Shown here: one piece after another, positions 1 to 12,700 of the stretch
Layout of the letters: the number at the start of each line of letters is the position of its first letter
How positions within the stretch are numbered: position 1 is the first letter of the stretch
Source of the DNA: Isurus oxyrinchus
Taxonomy: Eukaryota
DNA: 64,000 nt
Reading direction: 5' to 3'
Assembly: GCA_026770705.1 (NCBI GenBank)
Contig: JANJGN010000038.1
Location: 2,914,001 to 2,978,000 of the forward strand
The notes under the pieces: generated by a model
What the model was told of the DNA's origin: nothing
Databases searched by the model: none
What the model saw: only the letters and a program-made list of their open reading frames with translations
Translations under genes and position numbers: made by a program

Positions 1-1254
1 CCCTCACCTTTCCATTCACCTTCCAGGAGATCACAACCTCATTGGGAGCTGTGGACACCACTTCACACACTAGGATGGCAGTTTTATTGATCCAAATATC
101 TTCAACTGTGGGATCTCTGAGAAGTACTGTGATATCTACAAGTGAGCAACAAAAACAAAAAAAATAAAATCACGAGGAGGCTTTAATGCTGACAATTCTA
201 CTTATTAACAATAATTTTTATATCAGTGACAATCTGTGGGCAGACATGTCAACACGTGGCATGCAGGACGTTTTAACCTGTAAGGAGGAAGGTCGCCTTC
301 AAGGCTCTCAGTGCCTGGTGGAGGGACCCATGATCATGAAGGGGGTTCTGCGCTGTGAGTCACCCCCAGCAGGCAAAACCCCTTCCACCATTCCTCAGGT
401 GTGGCCTGGGTCACCCCTTTTCTACATTGGACGACACGTCCCAAGGACATTACCCTCCATCACACTTTCCTAGCACCAACATGCCCTTTCTACATCCGAC
501 GCCCTCCCAAAGACTTCCAACCGCGGATGCTCGCTTCCTTCCACCCCAGCCTCTCCATAAGGACTACTTAATCATATCTGCACACACCCGGCATCATCTC
601 CCTTGTCAGCCTTGAAACACCCAACACTTACATGACCCTGGAATCCGAGATTCAGACGCAGTGGACTTGTTGTGTCCCCAGACCTGCCCACTGCTGCCGC
701 TGGTGCTGCTGGGTAAATAGCGCTGCCAGCCAGTCAGATTGGCTAGCAGGTCCCTGAGTTGGAACATCCACCTGAGTTCGAGACACAAGTCCGGATCAAG
801 CCAATTATTACTCCTGATTCAGGGGCTGCTGCGATTGGCGGGGATGTGATCCAACCACCAACCTCCCCTGCTCTGCACCCCCCCCCCCTAAAACCTTGCC
901 CAGCCCCCACACTTCACCCCGATTCTGTGGATGGCAGTGCTGGGGTCTCCTGATCCGGAACTTCCTGCCAGTGACAGGTTAATTCCACTGTCTATTTCTC
1001 TGCCCTTGCTTTCTCTCTGCTCCATTCTTCCGTTTCATCTTACATGCACATTTTTGTACCGATACTCAGCAGCAAATAGAATCCACTCTGGCAATTGGAA
1101 CGATTATCTCAATGAGGCTTTACAGTTTGACAGATTTTGTTGAAAATATATCCATTTGCTGTAATTCTCTGTTCTATTTTGCCTGCAGAAATTTGGCGAA
1201 TTCAGTGGGCAGGGTGTGTCAACATTTTTTTTATCGTACTATCAAAATAGGTTA

Positions 1255-2505
1255 TAAGAACATGAGAACGAGGAGCAGGAGTTGGCAATTCAGCCCCTCG
1301 AGCCTGCCCCGCCATTCAATACGATCATGGCCGATCTCATTTTGGCCTCAACTCCAATTTCCCCCCTCTCCCCATAACCTTTAAACCCATTACTAATTAA
1401 AGATCTGTCTATCTCTTCCTTAAATTTATTCAGCGTCCCAGCATCAACTGTACTCTGAGGTGGTGAATTCCACAGGTTCACGACATTTTGAGAAAGGTAA
1501 TTTCTCCTCATCTCTGATTTAACACTACCACCCGTTAGGCAAAAGCTATGGTCTCCTGTTCTAGAAAGCCCCAGAAAGAGAAACATCCGCTCCATGTCTA
1601 CTTTGTCTATCCCCGTTAGCATCTTACATACCTCAATTAGATCTCCTGTCATCCTTATAAACTATAGCGAGTATTGGCCTAAAATGCTCAATCTCTCCTC
1701 TTAAGACAAACCCCGCATCGCTGGAATCAATCGAGTGAACCTCCTCTGAACCACATCCAGTGCAGCTATATCCTTCCTCAAGTAAGTGTGAATCTGTGCA
1801 CCATACCCCAGGTGCAGTCTCACCAATGCCTTGCCTACTTGCAACAAACACTTCCCTATTTTTATATTCTATGCTTTGAGCAATAAATGCCAAAATTCCA
1901 TTTGCCTTCCTTATTACCTGCTGTACCTGCATGCTACCTTTCAGCGATTCATGCACGAGGACATCCAGCTCCCTCTGCACTGAAGGATTCTGAAGTTTCT
2001 CTCCATTTAAACAATAAGTCGCCTTTTTATTCTTTCGACCAAAATGGATAACCTCACACTTATCCACGTTAAACTCCCTCTGCAAAATCTCGGCCTATTT
2101 ACCTAACCTCTCCATATCCATTTGTAAATTTATTTCTTTTTCATTGCAACTTACTTTCCCACCTATTTTGATGTCATCTGCAAATTTGGTTATGGTACCT
2201 CCTATCTCTGAATCCAAGTTATTAACATAGATGGTAAATAGTTGGGGCCCAAGGATCGAACCCCGGGGCACACCACTAGTTACAGCTTGCTATCCAGAAA
2301 AAGACCCATTTATCCCGAATCTCTGCTTTCTGTTGGTTAGCCAATCCTCTATCCAAGCTAATGTGTTACCCCTAACACCGTTGGATCTTATTTTGTGTAT
2401 TAATCTTTTGTGTGGCACCTTAAGAAAGGCCTTCCGGAAGTCCAGATATATTACATCTTCAGGATCACCATTGCCCACTTTGCTTGTCACATCTTCAAAG
2501 AAGTC
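1255..2505 (-). mobile_element. 5'-truncated CR1 LINE in the intron after C1
   Basis: DVIYLDFRKAFLKVPHKRL...WIEDWLTNRKQR, FNVDKCEVIHFGRKN and VVNLWNSPP fragments, plus a CR1-type 3' tail. Confidence 0.9.
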
Positions 2506-2944
2506 AATATGCTCAATGCTCAAAGCAAGATTATGCTTAATGTGCACATTAACCAAGGCATAACATTCATCAGATGGCGCCATGGAAAAGAATTTTGCAA
2601 AATTCGCCCGACTGTGAGCATCATCCAGAACTTCAGGCATTGCCGGTGCAATACAGAATGCGAGAGAGCAGCAGGAGACCATTCGGCCGTTCATGACACT
2701 CACTACCTATTTGAAAGAGCACCATCAAATGCATTGGTCAATGCTGCTGAAACTCTTCCAGCAAATTTTATTGTAGTGTTTCACTGCATATTGCTCTGTC
2801 ACTGATCACACTCAGTGTTGCCTGTTCCAGGACCTTGAATCCGAAATGATAAATTATTGCAATAACAATCCCAATTAATCAGATGCTAATAAAGTAACTA
2901 TGTTTCACATCTGCAAACCGTATGAACTGGGTCCATTTCCTCAC

Positions 2945-3259
2945 CTGACGTTGATCGAATTTCTTTCTGCTTGTTACTGTTGGTTGCGGAATGGGTTACT
3001 TGGCATCTGTACACGGAACCGCTGCTCCATTCCTGAAGAGGCACTTTCAGGAGGCTCGTGGAGCTGAAGTCTCCTTTCGATGATTTAGCTGGGGGCGTAG
3101 TGGTAAAGCCAGAGTCTATGCTATTTCCGTTCTTCTGCCAGGTCACCCGAATGCTTTCTGGCTTGTACTCCCTGATGAGGCAAAGCAGCTGCACAAAACC
3201 CTTTGCTCTCAGTTCGGAATTTGCAAGGTAGAAGAGACTGATTATTGGAGGAGTCGGCC
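2945..3259 (-). CDS. IgNAR: IgNAR constant domain 1 (C1) exon
   Basis: Acceptor ttttaattttAG at 3261-3260 and donor G|GTGAGG at 2944; 315 nt, phase 1-1. GPTPPIISLFY...FVQLLCLI...VTWQKN...LLKVPLQEWSSGSVYRCQVTHSATNSNKQKEIRSTS is a C1-set Ig domain matching IgNAR C1 and is in frame with J. Confidence 0.95.
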
Positions 3260-4996
3260 CTAAAATTAAAAAACAACATCTTAGTTCTTTTCTAAAAGTA
3301 CGATAAATCGTTTCCAACATATTTCCACCAGTATTCATCCCTTGGCCAAAATCTAAATCAGATATTGCAGTCACAGGCTCATTATAGGAGTTTGGTATGA
3401 GCAAATTAACTGCCGGGTTTCATATAGGACAATGGTGCCTGCGCTTCAAAAATAATCTCATAGTTTGTAAGGCGCTATGTGGTGTTCTGAGGACCTGGAA
3501 GACACAATAGAAATTCACGTTTTTCCTCAATTATTTATTGGAATATTTGCGCTTGGTTAATTGTCATTTCTATTATTATCGTAGCAATGCAATGGAATGT
3601 GACACCACCTGAAATCTTATCTAAAATAGAGGCCAGATTCTTAAGATAATATGAATGACTCACGGCCCTGGTCTGCACCGGGTGCAACACAAATGGCGGA
3701 CAGATCAGAGATTATTATTACTATTATTATCTTAATAACAGCAATTGAAGCTTCCCCGCCCCGTTCACATAATACAATAAAATTTCCTGGAATTTCCTTC
3801 CATCATATCGGCGCACATATGAGAAGGTCACCGCTTTAGCGGGAGGGAACTGATCCACAACTATTGGGAGTCAATTTATGCTCTAATCAGGAAGTTGCAT
3901 TTCGCTCCCAAGGGCTCGGCAAAAGTCCATGTCCTCGATCCAACCCGACCCTGTAATAATGGAAATTCGGCTGTGTTTCCGGAACTTAGAAAGCTGCGTA
4001 TTTATTTATTTAAAGCCGATATTGGCAGGTGTGGAGTCTGCTCAGGATGGAATCCACACACCGGTGGTATGCATTTGAAATTTATTTTAATGATTTATCA
4101 CCAATGCCTGTTGCAGGTAGTTATGGAAATTGGAACTTTTCTCAAGCTATTTTAAAAGAAGTACTTGTTGGTAGAAAGGGATAAGTCGGAGCAGGTATGA
4201 AAGTGATGCAGCATTATTGCTTGCATGTTATATTTCTGCTTATCAAAGCTGCCTGGGAGCAGGTATGGAGGTGGCTGCAGTGGTGTTAAATTAAATGTTA
4301 ATGGTCCCCTTATATGTACTGGCCAGCAGAATGAAAAACAGGATGCAGCCCAACGTTCTTGCACTCAGCTCCATATCTGCTCCCATTCAGCCTGTTATAA
4401 GCAAACATAAGAATGGAAATATTGTCATAAAGGAAGTGAGGTGTTGAATAGCAATTCAAATATTGCTGAAAAAAGGATTTTTTTTGTCGAATCTTTTCGT
4501 CTTGCACTCATCAGGATAGTTCGCAAGAAATTATTACTCTCGGGGAAACGACATATTTATATAGCATGACAAAACAGACGCACAAGACAGGAGCTCATGT
4601 ATTGCGGGTAATGCATTAGCATGGATTAAGGATTGACTATTGACAGGGAAGACAAAGAATCGGTATTTAATGGTTTTTTTCAGGTGAGAAAACCACAAAG
4701 TTCAGTCCTAGGGCCTCAATTATTTACTATCAATATTAATTACTTGGAGTCGGGGCAGAGTGTGATATATTCAAATTTGCAGACAATATAAAATAGGTGG
4801 GAGGGCATGTTGTGATGAACGCATAAGCAATCGGCAAGGGAATATAGATGGGTTGAGTAAGTGGCAGAAATTTGCAGATAAAGCTTACTGCAGAAAAGTG
4901 TGAGGTTATGCACTATGGTAGGAAGAAGCAAAAGTCAAACTATTATTTAAATTGAGAGATGCTCCAAAAACGTGCAGCACAGACGGATCTGGTTGT

Positions 4997-6375
4997 TATA
5001 GAACCAATAACAGAAAAGTACAACACAGGAACAGGACCTTCGGCACTCCAAGCTTGTGCCGATCATACTGCCTGCCAAACTAAGACATTGTACAATTCCG
5101 GGGTCCATATCCCTCTATTCCCATCCCATTCGTGTATTTGGCAAGCTGCCTCTTAAACAGCACTATCATACTTGCTTCCAACACCTCTTCTGGCATCGAA
5201 TTCCAGACACTCACTACCCTCTGGGTAAAAAGCTTGCCCCGCTCATCTCTTAGGTTTTCTCCGCTCACCTTCCATCTATGTCCCCTAGTAATTGACTCTT
5301 CCACCCTGGGAAAAAAAAGCTTCTATCTACTCTGCCCATGCCATTCATAATTTTGTAAACTTCTATCAAGTCGCCCCTCAATCTCCGTTGCTCTATTGAG
5401 AACAATCCGAGTTTCTCCAACCTCTCTTCATATACAATAACCTACAGACCAGGCAGCATCCTGCAAAACCTCCTCTGCACCCTCTCCAACGCCTCCATAT
5501 CCTTCTAGTAATGTGGTGACAAGAATTGCAAGCAATAATCCCAGTCTGGCCTAACCAAGGTTCTATACAGCTGCAGCATGACTTCCAGGCTTTAAGACTC
5601 AATAACCCTGCTGATGAAGGCAAGCATTCCATATGCCTTCCTGACTATGTTATCCAACTGCGTTGCCAATTTCAGTGGCCTGTGGATCTGTACACCCAGG
5701 TCCCTCTGCCAGTCGATTCACTCAAAATTTTCTGACATTTACTGTATAATTCCTACCTGTATTAGACTTTCCAAAAGGCATTACCTCGCATTTGTCGGGA
5801 TTAAACTCCATGAGCCATTTCTCCGCCCAAGTCTCCAACTGGTCCATATCCCATTGTATCCTTTGACAATGCACTTCAATGTCTGCAACTCCTCCAATCT
5901 CAGTGTCGTCTGCAAACTTACTGATTAGCCCAGTAACTTTTTCCTCCAAATCATTAACATATCCTACAAACAACCAATGTCCCAGCACTGATCCCTGTGG
6001 AAATCCACCAATCACAGCTCTCCATTCAGAAAAGCACCCTTCTACTGCTACCCTCTGTCTTCAATGACCAAGGCAATTCTGCATCCATCTTGCCAACTCA
6101 CATCTGATCCCGTGCGACTTTACCTTCTGTACCAGTCTGCAATGAGGGACATTGTCAAAGGCCTTACTGAAATCTGTGTAGATAGAATCCACCGCCCTTC
6201 CATCGTTGATCATCTTTGTCACTTCCTCGAAAACTCGGTCAAGTTAGTGAGACCACGACCTACCCTTCAAAAACCATGCTGCCTCTCAATAAAACACCCA
6301 TTTGCTTCCAAATGCTAGTAAATCCTGTCACAAAGAATCTTCTCCAATAATTTCCATACCACTCACCGGTGGAAC
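4997..6375 (-). mobile_element. CR1 LINE (5'-truncated), nested
   Basis: GFPQGSVLGHWLFVGYVNDL...ISKFADDTEIGG...WLMEFNPDKCEV RT motifs. Confidence 0.9.
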
Positions 6376-6562
6376 AACATTGTGCGTGAAGCACAAAAAC
6401 AAAGTTATCAAACAGGTGCAACAGGTGATTAATAAGGCAAGTGGATTTTGGTCTGTATTGCTAGGGGTCTAAAGTTTAAAAATAGGAAGTCTTTTTACAA
6501 ATGTGGAGGGCCTTGTTGAGGCCGTACCTGGAGCACTGTCTATAGTTTTGGTTCCTGATGTT

Positions 6563-8237
6563 CAGAGAATCACTGAATCACACAATGTAGAAGGGGCCCT
6601 TCGGCCCATCGAGTCTGCACCGACACGTGAGATCTACCTACCTAATCCAGTTCACCAGCACCTGTCCCATAGCCTTAAATGTTATGATGTGCCAAGTGCT
6701 CATCCAGGAATTTTTTAAAGGATGTGAGGCAACCTGCCTCCACCACCCTCCAAGTCAGCTCATTCCAGAACGTCAAAAACACTCTGGGTAAAAATGTTTT
6801 TCCTCACATCGCACCTAAGCCTCCTGCCCCTCACCATGAACTTATGTCCCTTCGTGACTGACCCTTCAACTAAGGGGAACAGCTGCTCACTATCGACCCT
6901 GTATATGCACCTCATAATGTTGTGCACCTCGATCAGAACGCCCCTCAGTGTTCTCTGCTCCAACGAACACAAACCAAGTCCATACAACCTCTCTTCATAA
7001 CTTAAATGTTTTATCCCAGGCATCATCCTGGTGAATCTCCTCTGCACCTCCTCCACTGCAAGCATGGAGCGACCAGAACTGCACATGTTACTCCAGCTGT
7101 GGCCTCACAAAGGTTCTATACTTCTCCAAGATGTCCTCCCTGGTTTTGTAATCAATGCCTCGATTGATAAAGGCAAGTGTCTTATATGCCTTTTTCACCA
7201 CCCGACGAACATGCTGCTCTGCCTTCAGACATTTAGGGACACACACGCCAAGGTCCCTTTATTCCTCAGAACTTCCTCCTGTCGTGCCTTTCATTTGAAT
7301 TTTTCCTTGTCAAATTACTCCTTCCAAAGTGTATCACCTCATACTTTTCAGCGTTAAATCCCATCCACCACTTATCTGCCCATTTGACCATCCTGTATAT
7401 ATATTCCTGTAGCCCAAGACACTCAACCTCACTGTTAAACATCTGGCCAATCCTTGTGTCATCCGAAAACTCACTAATCCTACCCTCCACATAGTCTTAT
7501 ATGCCGTTTATATGAATGATGAATAAAAGGGGACCCAGCACACATCCCTGTGGTATGCCAATGGACGCTGGCTTCCAGTCACTGAAGCATCCCTGTGCCG
7601 TCACCCACTGTCTCAGACAACTAAGCTAATTTTGAATCCACCTTATAAATTACCCTGTATCCCATGCGCATTTGCCCTCTGTATAAGTCTCCCATGTGGG
7701 AACTTGTCAAAGGATTTGTTGAAATCCACATAAACTACATCAACAGCAGTACCTTCATCGACCCACCTAGTCCCCTTCTCAAAAACGTCAAGCAAATTTG
7801 TTAGGCATGACCTCCCTCTGACAAAGCCATGCTGACTATCCCTGTTCAAGCCTTGCCTCTCCAAATGTAGGTCGGTTCTCTCCTTCAGAATTTTCTCCAA
7901 TAGTTTCCCTACCACTGATGTGAGACGCACTGGTCTGTAGTTTCGTGGCTTATCTCCATACAGCTTCTTCAATAGCAGAACCAAATTCGCTGTTCTCCAG
8001 TCCTCAGGCACATCCCCGATGGCCATATTTAGGTCAGATACCTGCCCCCCTCAGCAGTTCGGGACATAAATCATCTGGACCTGGTAGTTTGTCCACTTCT
8101 AAGCCTGCCAGCGACTCAAATATCTTTTCAGTCCCTATGTCAATTTGCTCAAGAACCTCACAATCTCTCTCCATTAGTTCGAAAGTTTCATCCTCATTCT
8201 CTTGGGTGAAAACGCATGAGAAGTATTCATTCAACAC
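6563..8237 (-). mobile_element. CR1 LINE (5'-truncated), nested
   Basis: VPEDWRTAN...NYRPVRLTSVVGKLLE...QHGFVRGRSCLTNL...VDFNKSFDKFPH and EFSDDTRIG. Confidence 0.9.
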
Positions 8238-9239
8238 ATTTAAGAAAGGAAATACTGGCATTGAAGACAGTTCGAAAGGTATTCACTGGGCTGATTCATG
8301 GAATGAAGGAGTTGACTTATCAAGAATGGCTAAATAGTTTCGGCCTTTGTCCATTAGAGTTTTGAAGAATGAGGGTTATCTTACTGAAATGCACAAAATC
8401 CTGAAGGGGCTTGGCAGAGTAGGCGCTGAGAAAATACTTCCACCACTGGGGAAATCTAAAACTAGGGGACATGGTTAGAGAATAAAGGGACAATCATTTG
8501 AAGCTGAGATGCAAAGGAATTTGTTCCCTCAGAGGGTAGTGAATGTCTGGAATTCTTTACCCCAGAGTGTTGTGGAGGCTAGGCCACTGAAAGTACTTAA
8601 AGAGGAAATGGATGGGTTTGTGAAATATCAGGAAGTTTAGAGCTATGAGGAGCTGGCACGAAAGAGGAGTTGTGGCCTGGGGTAGATCAGTTATTATTTT
8701 ACTGAAAGGCGGGGCAGGCTTGAGAGGCCAAATGGCCTACTCCTGCTCCTCTTTGTTTTGTTCATAAAAGATTGCTGATTGGTTGGAAAATGGCTCTGAT
8801 TGTTAGAGGCGCTGGCGCGGAGGATGCACAAGCATCAAGCTTACATAGAGAGCAAATGGCTCGGGCCAGATTTAGGGGTTTTACGATAAGACCAATTTTA
8901 TAGTGCATGGTACTTCAAGAGTCCCAGCGCGTCTATTGGACATAATGGGTTGACCTGCAGCAAACTCTGATTGTCGGCACTTGTTAATTTATGACTGAAC
9001 TGTTGTCAGTGCTGTAGGTCCAATATTTCTTCATTTTTGCTCTGCCAAGTAGTGATTGTCAAATATTGAATGCACATTGATTCTTTCTCTATCATTTCCC
9101 ATTTAAACCCTGCCCCTAGGCGATGTTATCTGAAACCATACCATTAATTTTCAGCTGTATGATGACGATGCAGAATTCTACACCACCACCACCTCTATCG
9201 ACTCCTCCAATGTCATGAAATTGCCAGACTGATGCCTGA

Positions 9240-10030
9240 CATTCAGTCCTAGATTAACAGTAATTTCGCCCTACTAAATATTGGTGAAGCTGTGATCTTC
9301 AGAACCAGCGGCACATTCCATTCCCTTGAAGCCTCTTCCACCCCTCTGTCTGTCAATGGCTGAGGCTGTATCAGACTCTTTGCCACTTTGGTGTAATTAT
9401 TTGACCACAAGACCAGTTTCTGACCATGTATTTGCTCCATTCCTCCGACAGTCTATTTAAACCTCAGGAAGATCTCCCCACTCCGCTCACACATCTCCAC
9501 AATCTATACTGCAGTTTCATTCATACCTTTATTCCCTTTAGATTTGGTTATTCCAATGCACTTGTAGCCAATATCCCACATTCTATCCTCAGTGAACATT
9601 AGGTCATCCTAAACTGCTGCCCGTGTATTAATCACGCTAAGTACCTTTAACCAATCACCTTCTGCTTGCTGAATGGCATTGTGCCCCGTTCAACCAAAGC
9701 ATTGATTTTTAAATTCCCATCCACCCGTGGTCTTGTACATCCCACACTCTGTAAACTCATCCAGCTATGTAACTTTCCAAAAATGTGGGCCTGCCAAATA
9801 AAGCTTCTCGGATTTTAATTGCACCCCCACCCGCCCTAAGGACCGAAGCACTAGAATTCCCTTCCTAAACTTCACCCCTTATCCAGCGTTTTCTTCAACC
9901 AAACATTAGACATTCTCCTAATTATCGCCTTACGTATCTCATCGGTTTGGATTTTAAGACTCCTCTGAAGTGCATTGGGAAGTTTCATTGCGCTGAAGAT
10001 AATGTAAGTCCAAGTTTTGTTTGTTAACTG
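9240..10030 (+). mobile_element. L2-like LINE 3' remnant
   Basis: Decayed sequence resembling the remnant at 18560-19350 (ttagatt..ttattccaa.gcact...) and ending in a TTG-rich tail. Confidence 0.6.
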
Positions 10031-11169
10031 CTGTCGATAACCTGTTTTACCTTTCATGTTCATGGAGTAATATGGTTTTGTAACTTTACCTGGAAACATT
10101 TTCAAACAAAATTTTCTGAAATAATGGGATTCATAGTCGACAGCAAAAAGAATTTAGTACACACTCAAATCATTCATGATATCATCAAATGGTGGAACAA
10201 GATGAAGCAGCACATCAGCTCACTCCAAATCTGTTTGTTCGAATCGGCTAATGATAACAATCCAAGTTCATCTAAGTTGCTTCATAATTTAAATCCCGTG
10301 TCACATGTACTATTATAGCTTATTTCCTCTATGCCCTTTCTAAGATGTTAACATCGTCCCTTAACTGCAGTTCATATAATTGGGCGCATTATTCCAAATA
10401 GTTCTTAAGCACTATTCTTAATGTTATGACACAGCGGTTGATAAAGGCTAACCTTTAAAATCCCAGATGGAAAATTTAAACAACTGTCATTATCTATATT
10501 TTCAATTGGTGCGTTTGAGATGAAACTCTGAATTCAGAAATGAACCCCCTCAACCCTTCAGTGGTTATTATATCAAACTAAATGATACATTTATGAATAT
10601 ACAACAAGGCATTGAGCACATAAACATTTCTACAAATTATTAACATAACTTATAACAAATTTCCAAATTAATATCCAAGAAGGCAAAAATAGCCAATAGA
10701 CTTAACCAGACGCCAGGCAAAGCAATTTCATCTTATGAATTCAAAATGAGTTTCCTTTCACGTTGGTTCCTTTGCAGGCAGCAGTTGGCTTACACCTTTT
10801 GACCTTACATGCCTCTGGTTTCAACACACAGAACTCTTACGCATATACCGAGCCTTCCCCTTTGAATGCAGTTGTTCATTCTATCACCAGGTCTTTTGAA
10901 CGCCTTTCACAATACCAATTTTGTTAGTAATATAAACGTTGCTTTGTTTCTCTTGACTTAGTGCAAGTTTTCGCTCTGCTTCTCGAATGCTGCATTCAAC
11001 AAAATGCAAATGCACCCTAGCATACTGTATACATCTCAAAATTACTATACATCAAAGCAGGCAGGCAAGCTGGCTTTAGTCCAATTAACACACACAGACT
11101 AAACCCCTATTTAAAAAAAAACAATTACATTGCATAGATTAATATTTCTTCCTGACATTATTTTAAGTT

Positions 11170-12700
11170 TAGCATAATCTTATTACCTTATGCTTTAAGA
11201 AACAACTGCAAATGTCTGCCACCTTCAAGATCACTGTGCATGCGGCCCCAGGTCACTCGATTCCAGTCCCCTTCTCCACCGACTAAGAACTGATTATTTA
11301 GTTTTTGTTACAATTTCTCATTCATCCATCAAAAACCTGTACCGCAATTCTTCCTCGCATTTAACAGAACCTGCCATGCATCAACCCAGTTGACCAGTCA
11401 GACTACGTTAACTCTTCAGTATATTTACACGTTGCGTGCCATCTGAAATCTTTGAAATTCTGCCCTGTATCCCTGAGTCCAGGTCATTAATATGTATCAG
11501 AAAGAACAATAGTTCTCATACCGCCCCGGGCTGACAACGTGCAATTTTGTCTAATCAGAAACAATAATTCAAAACCATTATTCTGTGACTTCTATCCCTT
11601 CCCAAATCTTGTATTCAGCCTGTCGCCTCCATTTTAACCCCGTGGACTTTAGTTTTGATGCTTAGGCAAACAATATTTGTGGGTCCATATACCCAGCATC
11701 ACTTGCACTGAGCTCAACAACCGTCGCTGTTACACCATCAAGAATTCATCCAAGATAATTAAACATGATTTTCCTTTAACAAACTCCGTTTGCTTGTAAC
11801 TATTGAACTGTAGTGGAGAGTACCAACTAATTTTCGCCGCATTATTGTCTGTACAGTTTTCCCCATTTCTAATGCTGGGCTGATTGGCTGCATTTCTTAA
11901 ATTCTCTGCTTTGTGTGCCTGGGGACAACATTTTGGAACGCCCAGGCTTCCAGGACCACTCTCATATCTAAGGAGGTTTGGAAGGCTGTGGTGATAGCTT
12001 TAACTGTTTCATCACTGGCTTCTATCAGCATTCCATCCGTCCAAGTGATTTGTTTTCTTCTTCAAGCGCTGCCAATATTGCAAATAACATTTTTTTTATC
12101 ATATTGAATCCCTTCAGTTTCCCTAGTGCCCCCTAACTTGCTGTGACATTGACAGAATTAGGCATTTTTTTCAGTGAAGGCGCATTTAAACTATTTACTT
12201 TTGCCTCTGCCACGCCTTCTACCGCCATAACAATATAGGTTTCGGCCCTTATTTATCCTCACCCTTCCTTTGACAATCCTACTGCTTAGGTGCCCATAAG
12301 AAAATTATAAAACACTTTGAGTTTGCCTTTTATTTTAAATGTAAGTATATTCACATACCTTGCCACTATTATTCCGTTGGTCTCATTCACCCTTTACTTT
12401 ATGTGCTCAACTTGCTTCTTTACTTATGAAACATACATTTCCCATAAGCATTGCGATTCTGCTTCATGTTAATTTCTACATTTAGTCATTCACGGAACTC
12501 CATTTTGATGTTCTTCCCTTTCATTTCATGGAAATGTGTCTTCACGGTACCCGAGCCATTTTTTCTTTAAAGATCTCATATTATACGTTTTTGGTTTTAA
12601 CTATTAATTCACGATTTCAATCAGCCTGTGTCAGGTCCATTAACATATCTTTGAAAATGTTTCACAATTTTATATGTATTTTTTTCTCATTTTCTAGGAG
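11170..12700 (-). mobile_element. Ancient degenerate CR1-like LINE
   Basis: Weak nucleotide resemblance to the other minus-strand CR1 copies (ctgccaccttcaa, tgtatccc..gagtccaggtcattaatat, aaacatgattttcctttaacaaa). Confidence 0.55.

Larger units (their letters stand above)
4590..8765 (+). mobile_element. Older + strand CR1 (about 4590-4996, 6385-6560 and 8238-8765) split by two younger insertions
   Basis: Collinear RT and 3' UTR pieces resume after each inserted element and end in cctactcctgctcct plus a tail. Confidence 0.75.

Noticed and set aside
1-2944. IgNAR C2 exon
   Set aside because: No Ig-domain C/W/YxC pattern found; the region is CR1 plus GC-rich repeat-like DNA, so C2 presumably lies outside the window.
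2898-3404. 168-aa ORF as a standalone gene
   Set aside because: Only 2945-3259 is the C1 exon; the rest is intron read-through.
11004-11011. Isolated ATGCAAAT octamer in mid-intron
   Set aside because: A single 8-mer without supporting motifs, expected by chance in 64 kb.
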